The notes: generated from the sequence alone by a model not told the origin. Counted from the whole stretch's first letter, positions 51,051 through 62,949 are shown. The stretch: 62,949 bases of DNA, filler included, from Squatina squatina (GCA_031763465.1; 4 parts of 4 records of this genome joined end to end with filler, not necessarily neighbours in it), one strand, 5' to 3'. Made by a program: numbers and translations.

Positions 51051-51278
51051 CAGTGTGCTTCCTCCCGCCATGGAGATGGGACTCTTGACCAGTGTAATGG
51101 TTTTTGTGACCCCTCCCACCACAGTGGTCACCACCTGTGCCTGCTGGGCCACAGTGACTGTCCCAGATTTGTGCACCGTGATGATGGGTCTAGCCGGAGC
51201 GGTGGAAGTGGCAGCGTGAGTGGGAGTTACCAGCTGGGCAGCAGCGGTCTTCAACATCGACGTTGCTGGTGTGTTAAC
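51051..51278 (-). CDS. HCFC1: Host cell factor C1, basic-region exon (228 nt; about human exon 11)
   Basis: Acceptor ttttcag, donor gtaagg. [55 protein letters not shown] is HCFC1-specific (absent from HCFC2). Confidence 0.95.
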
Positions 51279-51865
51279 CTGAAAAGCAGATGCAAATTAG
51301 CATCAGGATAAGTAGGTGAACGGCCATCCAGGAAGGAAGNNNNNNNNNNNNNNNNNNNNNNNNNNNNNNNNNNNNNNNNNNNNNNNNNNNNNNNNNNNNN
51401 NNNNNNNNNNNNNNNNNNNNNNNNNNNNNNNNNNNNNNNATAGCAGCTCACGCTTTCCAACTATTTCTGCATCTTTCACAAAACATTTAATCAACACACT
51501 TTGACCTCCTGTGTCTCTAAAGGTACATTAGAAGAATGCAGCAGATAGCAACCACAAGCTGCTCCTACCACCAAGTGGTCTTCTAAATATAAACTATCCC
51601 TTCTTCTCTGTTCCAATGAGAGTCTCACAAGCCACCATCAGGTTGCTGCTTGAAGTTAAAGAGCTCAAAGTTGGTTTCCCTTGCTGGTAAGCAATGGGAA
51701 TTACAGGACTCAGATTGCAGTAGATCCTCTCTAGATGTGGCACCATGTGAAATAACCCGGAAAGCAGCATGCAGAGGCCATATATTTCCGCTTGGGTACT
51801 GGATCTCCAAATGTGAAAGTCCCTAAAACATGCTTGTTGCCAGTACAGAAATTAAAGACGTATAC

Positions 51866-52074
51866 CAATATCCAGCATCCACAGGTCTCCGAGTCGGCAG
51901 CCACTCATTCCACCGTAGATGACAAGCTTTGGTTTTCTGTTGTCCTTGTTGCGATAGACGACTGCAGTGTGGGACTCTCTGGGTGGTGGAGGGGTTCCAT
52001 AGGTGACTGGTATGTCCCATCCTACAACTCCAGACCCTGGCTTCAGCTCCAATATATACAAGTCATTTAAATAC
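51866..52074 (-). CDS. HCFC1: Host cell factor C1, Kelch exon (209 nt; about human exon 4)
   Basis: [61 protein letters not shown]. Phase-compatible with the exon at 53506-53666. Confidence 0.95.
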
Positions 52075-52157
52075 CTTTCAAAAAAAGAGTTTTTGTTTGC
52101 ATGAAAATCAAAATATATTAGATTTTACTGTTCAATTTTGCAAGTAAATTAGTTGAA

Positions 52158-52306
52158 CGGGTAGTGTAGCAGTTATGGACAGGACTAGACCCAGGGGTCA
52201 TGAGTTCAAATCCCATCATGGCAAGTTGTGAAATTGTATTCAATGAATCCGGTAATTTCTGGTCTGGCACCAGGGGTAAGAAAATATCATGAGCTGCCAT
52301 TTTGCC
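52158..52306 (+). mobile_element. tRNA-derived SINE head
   Basis: ggtagtgtagcagtt..gagttcaaatcccatcatggcaag has a B-box-like GTTCAAATCC. Confidence 0.55.
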
Positions 52307-52944
52307 ANNNNNNNNNNNNNNNNNNNNNNNNNNNNNNNNNNNNNNNNNNNNNNNNNNNNNNNNNNNNNNNNNNNNNNNNNNNNNNNNNNNNNNNNNNNNN
52401 NNNNNNNNNNNNNNNNNNNNNNNNNNNNNNNNNNNNNNNNNNNNNNNNNNNNNNNNNNNNNNNNNNNNNNNNNNNNNNNNNNNNNNNNNNNNNNNNNNNN
52501 NNNNNNNNNNNNNNNNNNNNNNNNNNNNNNNNNNNNNNNNNNNNNNNNNNNNNNNNNNNNNNNNNNNNNNNNNNNNNNNNNNNNNNNNNNNNNNNNNNNN
52601 NNNNNNNNNNNNNNNNNNNNNNNNNNNNNNNNNNNNNNNNNNNNNNNNNNNNNNNNNNNNNNNNNNNNNNNNNNNNNNNNNNNNNNNNNNNNNNNNNNNN
52701 NNNNNNNNNNNNNNNNNNNNNNNNNNNNNNNNNNNNNNNNNNNNNNNNNNNNNNNNNNNNNNNNNNNNNNNNNNNNNNNNNNNNNNNNNNNNNNNNNNNN
52801 NNNNNNNNNNNNNNNNNNNNNNNNNNNNNNNNNNNNNNNNNNNNNNNNNNNNNNNNNNNNNNNNNNNNNNNNNNNNNNNNNNNNNNNTTTAAAATTGCCA
52901 CTCCTCATTTCTCACCAAAAACGAGTCACTTTACATGTCACAGA

Positions 52945-53210
52945 AACAGGAGTATGCCATTCAGCTCCTCTGGAATTCAGTTAGATCATGGCTGATCTGT
53001 ACCGCAACTCCATTTTTCCACCTTTGCTCCATATCCCTTAATACTCTTGCTTAACAAAAATCTATCCATTCTAACCTTGAAAGCTCCCATTGTCTCTGCA
53101 TCCACAGCCTTTTGGGAAGTGAATTTGGGAACCCTTTGTGTGGAAAAAGTGCTTCCTGAATTCACTCCTAAACGGCCTAGTTCTAATTTTAAGACTATGC
53201 CCTCTGGTTT
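52945..53210 (-). mobile_element. CR1 LINE 3' end
   Basis: FSTQRVP..SQKAVDAETMGAFKVRMDRFLLSKSIKGYG followed by the gatcagccatgatct tail. Confidence 0.85.
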
Positions 53211-53505
53211 TGGCTTCCAGAATTGTTTTCGCAGGACAGGTCTCACGACTCCCCCGGCACTGATCTCTCTCTCAGTCAGCGGGATCGTGGAAGATGAACT
53301 GGTCTCTCTCCCAATTCCAGAATCGAGCTGCGCCTCCTTAATCCTAACCGCACTAGAAAGCACCTTCCATTTCCTATTCCCAACTTGATCAACATGTAGC
53401 GTTCTTGGAATTTATCCACTACCAAATTAGGTCACATCTGGAATTCTGGATTGGTTTAACTTGTGCCCTTTCCAAACTTCAGAAAAATAAACACAGGTTT
53501 CTTAC

Positions 53506-53666
53506 CGTGGAATATTGTTTTTTGGATCTTCACTGTCATTGGCTAATCCCCCGAATAAATAACATTTATTGTCAATTACTGAAAAGCAATGCCCAAGGCG
53601 TGCACACGGTGGGGGACCATTTTTGGGGGCTCTGGCCTTCAATTTTTTCCATTCCCATCTGCTTGC
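53506..53666 (-). CDS. HCFC1: Host cell factor C1, Kelch exon (161 nt; about human exon 3)
   Basis: Acceptor ttgttttccag, donor gtaaga. Reads [54 protein letters not shown]. Confidence 0.95.
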
Positions 53667-54203
53667 CTGGAAAACAAGAGCACAACAGCACAAGTTAGTG
53701 GCAATTTCTTCCCTGAATATCACCCAACAGTTCGGAGTCAATTACACAGTCTCAATGGCTCCAACACTTATGTAGGGATTTCAAAATTAGTACTGCAGGC
53801 TAAATCTTGGACAGCAGCCCCATTCATGAGTGAGCAGTTGCTTCTCCAAAACACACTTTTTACAAGAACAAACTCAGTAAAAGCCATCTGTATTCCACAA
53901 TGAGCTGTGTAGAATTTGTGCAATAAATCAAACAGGTAAACTTAAAAATATTTTTTTCCTGAACAATTTTCTAAAAGGGAACAGTCTGGTTCTTAATGCT
54001 TTTACTGTAATTACTCAGATTTGTTCAGGAAAAAACTCAGTAACATTGCATGGTACAATTCCAAGTTTGATTCCCAGTCTATGGTGAAGTTATCCGGTTT
54101 CAGNNNNNNNNNNNNNNNNNNNNNNNNNNNNNNNNNNNNNNNNNNNNNNNNNNNNNNNNNNNNNNNNNNNNNNNNNNNNNNNNNNNNNNNNNNNNNNNNN
54201 NNN

Positions 54204-54465
54204 CCATAGCTTTATAGAGGTCCAGCATAACTTCCCTGCTTTTGTACTCAATACCTCTATTTACGAAGCCCAAGATCCCATATGCTTTGCTAACTACTCT
54301 CCCAGTATGTCCTGCCACCTTCAAAGATCTATGCATATGAACCCCCCAGGTCCCTCTGTCCCTGCACACTCTTTAGAACTGTGCCATCAAGTCTATATTG
54401 CCTCTCCCGATCCCTTCTGCCAAAATGCATCACCTCACACTTCTCTATGAAATTCCATCTGCCTT
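54204..54465 (-). mobile_element. CR1 LINE RT C-terminal fragment
   Basis: GVHMHRSLKVAGHTGRVVSKAYGILGFVNRGIEYKSREVMLDLYKA. Confidence 0.88.
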
Positions 54466-54617
54466 TCTGTGTCCTGTTGCAGTCGATCGGTATCATCCTC
54501 ACCTTACTCTGTATCTAACCCGTGTTGTACCTGCCCTTTAAAGACACCAGAAGCCAGACATGGGAATGTGTCCCAGGACGGACTCAGCACTGAGCACGAG
54601 GACGAGGTTTTCTTCAC

Positions 54618-54863
54618 CTTCTCGGCCAGGTCCGATCCCTCGGTCTTCAGCTTTGACTGCAGGGAGCTTATATCACCGGACAGACCCCGGTGTTCTGTCT
54701 CCAGGGTTTTGCGGCCGCTGTTCAGCGTGCCAACGTCCCTCGATTGCTTGTACTTGTTTACAGCCTCTTCAAAGTGGCGGTACAATCCCAGCCTTTTGTT
54801 TACCAGGGTCAGGACCTGCTCGGTGATGGAAGCCACCTTCATCCTGGCTTCTGCTGCTGGGTC
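54618..54863 (-). CDS. RPN1: Ribophorin I (OST subunit 1), penultimate exon (246 nt), cytoplasmic domain
   Basis: Acceptor ctccttgcag, donor gtgaag. [73 protein letters not shown] matches RPN1. Confidence 0.95.
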
Positions 54864-55454
54864 CTGCAAGGAGAGGACAGAGAAAAACAGCAGAGAAATA
54901 AAGCAAGATTAACAAGAAATGCTGCTGGTACATTGAAAAGTCAACCCAGCTGGAAAAGTCAACCATGAAAATGACACCTATACAATCCAACATCACCACA
55001 GTCCCTGGGATTTTGGAGCAGGGGAGGGATGGAAGAAAAGAAAGCAGAACAGTAGAAAATGACCTGCAATTATTGGAATATTGATGAATTCCACTGATGA
55101 TTCCAAAAAGGAGCTTCCATGACCAACTTTGCTAATAAAACAAACATGGGTGACTGGAGACATTTATATTATTGTTGCAAGGCATTTGATTGAGGCAGAA
55201 GCACTAAGCTTTCTTCTTTGTGCTTGTTGTCATCCTGCAAAGGCCACTTACATTTCAGAATGTCATGGTCAAATTCTCTTCCAGAGAACAATACTTCAAA
55301 ATTCTAGCCATTGGGTCAAATTGTGTGAAGATTGTTTATAGAACATTTCTGTCGTGGTCACTTCTTTCTTGGAATGATGATACTTTGGAAGTCCTGTAGT
55401 ACATTACGGAACTTGATGTCATTTATTGGACTAAGAAAGCATGGGATCAGATCA

Positions 55455-55912
55455 AACAACAACAACAACAACTTGTATTTATACAGTGCTTTTAATGGAG
55501 TGAAATGTCCCAATCGCTTCACAGGAGTATTCAGAGACAAACAATTTGACACTGAGTCACATAAGGAGACATTACAGCAAATGACCAAAAACTTGGTCAG
55601 AGGTAGGTTTTAAAGAGCATCTTAAAGGAGGAAAGAGAGAGAGAGAGAGAGAGGTTTAGGGAGGGAGTTCCAGAGCTCAGAGCCTAGACAACAGAAGGCA
55701 CGGCCACCAATGGTTGAGCGATTATAATCAGGGATGCTCAAGAGGCCAGAATTAGAGGAGCACAGGTATCTCGGGGAGGTTGTGGGGCTGGAGGAGATTA
55801 CAGAGAGAGGGAGGGGCAGAGCCATGGAGGGATTTGGAAACCAGGATGAGAATTTTGAAATCGAGGCATTGCTTAACCGGGAGCCAATGTAGGTCAGCGA
55901 GCACAGGGTGAT
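55455..55912 (-). mobile_element. L2 LINE 3' end with (TTG)n tail
   Basis: PRYLCSSNSGLLSIPDYNRSTIGGRAFCCLGSELWNSL with the tail seen as (CAA)n on the + strand at 55455-55472. Closely similar to the 16361-16653 copy. Confidence 0.9.
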
Positions 55913-56104
55913 NNNNNNNNNNNNNNNNNNNNNNNNNNNNNNNNNNNNNNNNNNNNNNNNNNNNNNNNNNNNNNNNNNNNNNNNNNNNNNNNNNNNNNNN
56001 NNNNNNNNNNNNTGGAGCCGAGTGGTCCTAGCAGAACCTCTTACAAACATGCCAGAGCACATTAGAGGTAATTACTTACTTTTTGAAATATCATGACCTT
56101 TGTT

Positions 56105-56357
56105 ATGTGGAAAAACATGGCAGTCATATTGCACACAGCAAGATCCCCACAAACAGTAATGTGATGATTGACCGGTCAATCTGTTTTAGGTGATGGTGGT
56201 TGAGGGAGGGATGTTGGGCCTAGACTGCAGGGCAGAACCTCTTGCTTTTCTTCAACTAATTTCCATGAGACCTTTAGTGCAGCTGAACCACCTGATCAAG
56301 CAGATGGGACTTCGGTCTAACTCCTCATCTGAGAGACAGCAGCTCTGACAACACACT
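56105..56357 (-). mobile_element. Decayed Deu-type SINE
   Basis: gcacacagcaagatccccacaaacagtaatgtgat..gacagcagctctgacaac resembles the copy at 36005. Confidence 0.6.
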
Positions 56358-58257
56358 NNNNNNNNNNTTGTCATCATTCATCCTTCGATAACGAAGAAGG
56401 AAACCGGGATATCATCTCATTTCTTGCAGTGGACTCTTCAATGACTGACAAAGCCTACTTGTTGCTCGGAATGAGTGCCTGCTGATTGATCAGTGCAATC
56501 CCAGATACAACATGTTGGGGATCTTGATTGTTCAGGTGAGACTACCTCAGTTGGTGCTTACATTCAGCATCAGCAATGAGATGGGCCTCACAGTAGGAAG
56601 CATTTTTATGGCTGGTTCTTCACCATTGCTTCCTCATCTTGAGCTAATTGTTCCCACTTATGGACTTCTATTTTGCACAGTTTCAGAATTGCTTTTAAGC
56701 AGTCTTTAATTCTCTTTCGCTGACCATCATAAAATCACCTCCCAGTTGTCAATGGGTCACAAAAGACCTTAAGGATTTGCTCATTAGATATTCGCACCGC
56801 ATTACCTGACCATCTTTGTGATAAGAGCCTCTAATACTTGGCACAACAACTTTTTTAAACACTTTGGTGTCAGGGATCTTGTCTTGCCATCTGATGGCGA
56901 GGTAAGATCCCTGACACCATCTGACCTCGAGGCATGAGAGTTACCAACTCTTGGCTTTGGGTTAAAAGGAGAAAAAAATAAGGATGAAATGGGGAGATTC
57001 CAGCACTGCAGCTGACCAGAGATGTACTTCATAACAAGTGAAGAAGAAATTAAACAATTTTCCGTTTCCAGCTCCCTTTGCTTGAATGAGCACCAAAGAT
57101 GCCTTGGGGATGTCTACAGGTACATTGGCATGGGTGTTTGACTTCCACTTGCAGTTGGGTGACTCAAATGGTCCCATAATCTCTAAATTCTCATACTGTA
57201 GGAAATGTATGCTAACGGAATGCTTGAAATATGTCTACATGTTGACTGAAGACATGAAGGAACGACACAAACAGTCCAGCTCATGCAATCCTAACTGTCA
57301 CGTTGAGTGCGGGAACTCCAATCTGTCTTAAAGTTGACACTCAAGAAAATGTTTAGTCACTGAGGTAAATTCTCCTGTGAGTGTAATTATTGGGTCACCT
57401 NNNNNNNNNNNNNNNNNNNNNNNNNNNNNNNNNNNNNNNNNNNNNNNNNNNNNNNNNNNNNNNNNNNNNNNNNNNNNNNNNNNNNNNNNNNNNNNNNNNN
57501 AGCACGAGTAACTTTCGGCCTCAGCCAGAGACACTTAGACGTGTGCATTTACCTCTTGAAAATAAAAGTATAAAACTAGGGCCTCGCTTGAAGATTCATA
57601 AACTGTTTAGGATCCTTTTACTGTGTTAAAGTCACAGCCTTATTAAGCTATTGTGACAGTTTTATCATTAATCTCCTCTGCTTTCACATCCTGGTCAAAT
57701 TCATTTTTATCACAGTTCCCTTCATGTCATGGTGTGCTTTCCGGACTGAAGCTTATGGTGACCAGCTTTGGATATTATCTCACTCCCCTCTGCCAGCGGA
57801 AGCCTGTCTCACACGCAAGTGTCATTACCACATCAGGATAAAGGCACGCCACCCTTCTCCCCCCGCCTTAATTCCTCTCTAAACGGAATTCTTCCAAACC
57901 TCCTCAGCCACCGCAACCTCGATATTATTAGCAAGACGTCAAAAAAAGACTCATCAATAAAAGTGCAGCGAGTCGAGCCCCAAAATTTTGGCATTTAACG
58001 GCCACGGCGAAGAAAGGTGGCGCGGTGAAGCAGCGCCCACAGTGGGAGCTTGCAAAGATTGCGGTGACGGCACTTGGCTCTCATCGGGGGTCGCGGGACT
58101 GATCATGCGTGACGTGGGGACGTTTAATGGACAAAATCAAAAGAAGGGAAGCGGATTGTCCAGGATTTTTTTTTTGTTGCATGGATGTGATGTCGACCCA
58201 TGCATTTATGCAGGGTTCAAGCCCCCACTCCAGAGACTTGAGCACGTAATCCAGGCC

Positions 58258-58653
58258 CGCATGCAGGAACGTAGGAACGGGAGGAGGCCATTCAGCCCCT
58301 CGAGCCTGCTCCGCCATTCAATGAGATCATGGCTGGTCTGTGACCTAACCGCATACACCCGCCTTCGGCTCAGATCCCTTTAATACCTTTGGTTAACAGA
58401 AACCTATCAGTCTCCGATTTAAAATTAACAATTGGCCCAGCATCAATTGCCGTTTGTGGAAGAAAGTCCCAAACTTCTCCCACCCTTTGTGTGTCGAAGT
58501 GTTTCCTAATTTCACTCCTGAAAGTTCTGGCTCTAATTTTTAGACTCTGCCCCCTAGTCCCAGAATCCCCAACCAGCGGAAATAGTTTCGCTCTACCCAC
58601 CCTCTCTGTTCCCCTTAATATCCTGAAAACTTTGATCAGATCACCCCTGAACT
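58258..58653 (-). mobile_element. CR1 LINE 3' end
   Basis: KLFPLVGDSGTRGQSLKIRARTFRSEIRKHFDTQRVGEVWDFLPQ..FKSETDRFL followed by the gggctgaatggcctcct tail. Confidence 0.9.
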
Positions 58654-58949
58654 NNNNNNNNNNNNNNNNNNNNNNNNNNNNNNNNNNNNNNNNNNNNNNN
58701 NNNNNNNNNNNNNNNNNNNNNNNNNNNNNNNNNNNNNNNNNNNNNNNNNNNNNTTTATTAAAGATTCCATTGCCAGATCTATTGGTAAAAAGGGCCGAGT
58801 GTAACCTCAGACTCGTTCAATTTGCAGCGTCGGATTCGAACTCATAGTCTAAACTCACCAGGGCTCGGGAGAACATTTCCCCGAAATCCGAGTTTAGATT
58901 TTGAAAACCAGGTTGAGTGCCTCTCTATATCCGTCTGGTGCCAGGGGGC

Positions 58950-59334
58950 AGTGACAGTGAGCGGATGGGTAAAGGGGCGTTTTATATATTTAAAAACAAA
59001 CAGCAGTATATATAAAATGTGATTTTACTCTCTGGCTGGCTGAGGGTGTCAGCCTTGTGCACCTGCTTCTCCCGAGCTCCCGTGCCTGAGATTTACACAG
59101 CTTTGCATTTTAAACAAACCTATTTTTTTCTCTCGAGCGGTTGAAAATGGGCATCTTTTGTTGCAATCTGACTCCGGGATTTTTTCTCTCTCTTTAAAAT
59201 ATAAGCTTAGGAGCGAGTGCCAAGCCTAAAACAAAAGACACACACACACACACACACACCAGATTCAGTTGATTCTGAATAAGAAAATTCGCTGCTCTAC
59301 ACAAGCGCCTCTCCGCCCGGTGTGAGAATCTTTG
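58950..59334 (+). promoter_or_regulatory. Candidate TATA-containing promoter/5'UTR of an unidentified gene
   Basis: CpG-containing unique sequence with TATATATAAAA (about 59007-59017), a second TATA-like run (about 58983), a downstream (CA)n and a ccgccc GC box. No coding exon recovered. Confidence 0.3.
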
Positions 59335-59934
59335 GAACGGCAACCAGACCTGATNNNNNNNNNNNNNNNNNNNNNNNNNNNNNNNNNNNNNNNNNNNNNN
59401 NNNNNNNNNNNNNNNNNNNNNNNNNNNNNNNNNNNNNNNNNNNNNNNNNNNNNNGAAATAGTTAAGATGTCAACCGCCCTCCCGCTCCCAAAAAAAAAAA
59501 TGACATGCTTGCACCTTTGGAGCTGCCCACTTTGAAGTCGAAATGCACGCAAAATTAGCCACAAATAACCCTTCTAACTCTTCCCATCCTGCACGGAAAG
59601 CGCGATGATTTGCACGGGTCTCAAGCCGCTGTGGTTTGCAGTGCGGTAATGCGGAAGACGAGAGAGTGGCAGTTATCTGGTTTGAACTTGTAGTTCAAGC
59701 AAACCAACCAAGCTGAAACCCTCCGTACGAACACATTGCAGTCCGATTGTTTCCTATGCAAGTGTTATAAATAGTGGCGGATTGCAAGCACAAATAATAT
59801 TTCCTGAATATGGCCTGTAATGGTTTTACAATAAGCACAATTGATGTTAAAAGATAAAGTTTTATTTCCTCTTCGTGAGTCATTTTGTACGGCCACTTTG
59901 TTACGCGGAGCTGAACCTGATTTGCATTTAAATA

Positions 59935-60298
59935 TAGAATCATAGAATAATACAGCACAAGAGACCACTCAGCTCATCATGCCTGTGCTGGCCCTTTGGT
60001 AGAGCAATCCAATTATTCCCACTCCCCTGCTTTTTCCCCTGTTTATTATTCAATATTTCTCCCTTCAAGTATTTATCCAATTCCTTTTTGAAAGTTACTA
60101 CTGAATCTGCTTCCACCGCCCTTTCAGGCAGCACGTTCCAGATCACAACAACTCGCTGTGTAAAAATAACATTCTCCTCATCTTCCCCATCGCCTCCCAC
60201 CCTTGGATTTTTTGCCGACTATCTTCAATCTGTGTCCCTCTGGTTACCGACCCTCCCGCCACTGGAAACAGTTTCTCCTTATTTACTCCATCAAAACC
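59935..60298 (-). mobile_element. CR1 LINE 3' end
   Basis: FTQRVVVIWNVLPERAVEADSVVTFKKELDKYLKG with the ttctatgattctat tail. Confidence 0.88.
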
Positions 60299-60475
60299 CG
60301 GGGCCAGTAACTTGCCTTCTCTCTTTACACAGCTGGGTTTGATGTGCAGTTCCAGCAGTTTCAGATTCTGACGCCAGGGGGCGTCTGTTCTGCACCAAAC
60401 GCTCACGAAAGGCTGAAATCAGCTCCTGCTGGTGACAAAATAAAGCAGAACTTTCCGGGGACTGAGACGGCAGCG

Positions 60476-60536
60476 AGTGAGTGAGAAATAAATGGGGAGT
60501 GAGTGTGGAGTGAATGGGGAGTGAGTGTGGAGTGAG
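60476..60536. repeat. Short GAGT-rich tandem repeat (22-bp unit ggggagtgagtgtggagtgaat, about 2 copies)
   Basis: Direct inspection. Confidence 0.7.
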
Positions 60537-60612
60537 TACTGTATTCGCTGCTCACGGTGTGATGATCTCTACTTTGGGGAGACCAGACGCAGATTGAGTG
60601 ACCGCTTTGTGG
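60537..60612 (+). mobile_element. Penelope-like element GIY-YIG endonuclease fragment
   Basis: YCIRCSRCDDLYFGETRRRLSDRF fits the Penelope consensus YxIxCxxCxxxYIGETxRxLxxRF. Confidence 0.8.
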
Positions 60613-60752
60613 NNNNNNNNNNNNNNNNNNNNNNNNNNNNNNNNNNNNNNNNNNNNNNNNNNNNNNNNNNNNNNNNNNNNNNNNNNNNNNNNNNNNNNNN
60701 NNNNNNNNNNNNCACCCGCACGCAGGAAGCCTCCGATCGCAATTTCAGGCCC

Positions 60753-60890
60753 AATCTATTTTTTAATGATGTTGATTGAGGGATTACCATTGGCCAGGAC
60801 ACCGGGAAGAACTCCACTGCTCTTTTTTGAAATAGTGCCATGGGACCTTTTACGTCCACCTGAGGAGACCACAACCTTCTGACTTCGAGG
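60753..60890 (-). mobile_element. Deu-type SINE fragment abutting a MITE end
   Basis: ttggccaggacaccgggaagaactccactgctcttttttgaaatagtgccatgggaccttttacgtccacctgag. Confidence 0.75.
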
Positions 60891-61204
60891 GGAGAGATCT
60901 GATGGTGGTGGTTCTGTTTACTTTTATCAGCTTCCTAAAACAGCATGTTCCCCTAAATCAGTGCATTGCTTTAAAGAAGAAATTCTGGCATCTGTTAGGG
61001 AACTGTGCCTTGGCAATGTGCCAGAAAATGTAACCTTGCTTCCAAGTTGCAAACCACTCTGCTGGTTTCCTTAGAATCTGGGTTTATATAGAAAATCACC
61101 ACTTCCCTGATACTGTGGGACGTCCTGAGTTCATGAAAGATGCTGTGTAAATGGAAGTCCTTCTTTGAACTGAAAATGGCTGGTCTAATTAAACCACAAA
61201 ATGA

Positions 61205-61475
61205 GGGATAGATTGAAACAGAGAGATATACGGAGACAGACAGAGGGAAAGACGAAGTGAGAGAGAGAGAGAAAGACAGACAGTGAGAGAGGGAGTGAGA
61301 GTCAGAGTGAGACAGTGAGACACAGAGAAAAAGAAAGGCAGAGAGAAATAAGGAGAGAGAGAGACAGAAACAGAATGAGTCAGAGAGAGAGGGAAATGCA
61401 AAGAGAGAGAGAAAGACAGACTGAGAGAAAGGCAAAGAGAAACAGAGACAGCAAGATAGACAGAGAAAGAGCGAT
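61205..61475. repeat. GA-rich low-complexity tract
   Basis: Degenerate (GA)n/(GACA)n. Confidence 0.9.
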
Positions 61476-62949
61476 NNNNNNNNNNNNNNNNNNNNNNNNN
61501 NNNNNNNNNNNNNNNNNNNNNNNNNNNNNNNNNNNNNNNNNNNNNNNNNNNNNNNNNNNNNNNNNNNNNNNNNNNCACTAACATGAATGGCCGCAGCCAT
61601 GTAAAGCCCGCGGTGATCATTAACTCATTTATTTTGAATCTGTAGGGGTTATCAAAAAGGGCCTGGGCAGCACTGGGATCGCTCAGTGATTGGCAAGTCG
61701 AGTGGGGGTCTTCGTACTCAGCCCCGTACAGGCTGCAGTGCGATGGTGTGAATGAACTGTTGAGCTGCTCCCAAGCCGCCGAGGGCCCTGGGGAAACCTA
61801 GCCAGCTTGTTGTGTGCTACCTTCATCTGAATAAACTGTTTATACCCTTACAACAAGCACCCTAATTGATTCTAAATTACGTACACACATGCCCAAGCTC
61901 AGGAAGGATCCGCGTGGCTGATTAATTCAAAGGGAACTCTTTCAATTGATTTGAAAAGGCAATTATTGGCAGGGCCATAAGGCACACCGTGTGACTCCAA
62001 CAGGCTGCTCCCGCAGTACCCTCACAGGCCGTTTTGGGGATGGGGGCATTCCTCTGGCTGATGAACGTAGTCAGTTAGCTGTTTGATTCAAGCTGATTGA
62101 ACACTAGCTTCAGAATAAAGTGGGCATTACCAGATCCTGATCCGTGAGATCCCACGCACCCAACAACAAACTAATTCTAAACTCCCCCATTTCTCCAACT
62201 CTTATTATATATATTAACCTAGCGAATCCCTCGATTAGATTCCAGCCTGTAACTCACTCCCGGGTCTCTGTTATTCTATATATAGAATCATNNNNNNNNN
62301 NNNNNNNNNNNNNNNNNNNNNNNNNNNNNNNNNNNNNNNNNNNNNNNNNNNNNNNNNNNNNNNNNNNNNNNNNNNNNNNNNNNNNNNNNNNACAGGTGTC
62401 TCCAGCACCTGCGGAGCTGCTTCCTGACACTTTCAGGAGAGGTCAGGAAGAGCTACATGGTTTGAAGCAGAGCTGGAGTACATCAGTGCGGTTTAACCGT
62501 CACGAAGGAAGTATCTATTTACTATGTGATTTACGCATAATATAATTTCAACCGAAGTCTCGCTGTGGCCTGTGAGCACATCGATAGACTGCTGTGAAAC
62601 ATCAGGCCCCACTGGTAGTTCATATTGTGCCTCGGTAATTGTGTTATACAGTGTCAGATTTCATGTGTTGCCAAACAAATCTGCTTAAATCAAGTTTGAG
62701 TGGGCTTAGAATGGCACTAGATCATCACTCAAGTGGCTATGTGCTATGGGTCAGTTTTCATTGGATAATGTCTTCTGTCCAATGCATACTATATATCTGA
62801 CCTGGGTCAGGGATCACCTTTTGGTGGGGGCTAGCTGGATGGTAAACATGCATTTGTTTGATTTAAGAAATGACACTTAACAGGATCCACTGGTTACCTG
62901 CTTGATAAAAACCATCCTACAGTTTTATTTACTGCATCACCGTCTATCT

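Noticed and set aside
60995-61620. Ser/Leu-rich and Arg/Glu-rich ORFs
   Set aside because: Translations of the GA-rich low-complexity tract.

Overview
Vertebrate genomic DNA, most likely from a shark or other cartilaginous fish (inferred from the CR1/L2 LINE, Deu-type SINE, Harbinger and Penelope repeats and from protein divergence). It is not a contiguous locus. Three artificial N44-TTAATTAATTAA-N44 linkers split it into four blocks, each made of short contigs joined mostly by 100-N gaps. Block 1 (1-12842): no recognisable exons, only LINE/SINE relics and AT-rich non-coding DNA. Block 2 (12943-26621): MED6 (-, one exon), TTC9 (+, exon 1) and MAP3K9 (-, last exon), in the same order and orientation as human 14q24. 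Block 3 (26722-48981): CCND2 (+, last exon and a miRNA-site-rich 3'UTR), TIGAR (+, last exon) and a complete three-exon FGF23-locus gene (-), as at human 12p13, plus a decayed two-gene PIF/Harbinger element and an open Myb/SANT-like ORF. Block 4 (49082-62949): four HCFC1 exons (-) and one RPN1 exon (-), then promoter/enhancer-like DNA. The most interesting signal is the 209-aa FGF23-locus protein. It has FGF19/21-like features, a single Klotho-binding DPF motif and no canonical R-X-X-R site at the position of the mammalian furin site. I found no CRISPR array, rRNA or tRNA gene, or prokaryote-type system. All homology calls are from recalled sequences, not database searches.
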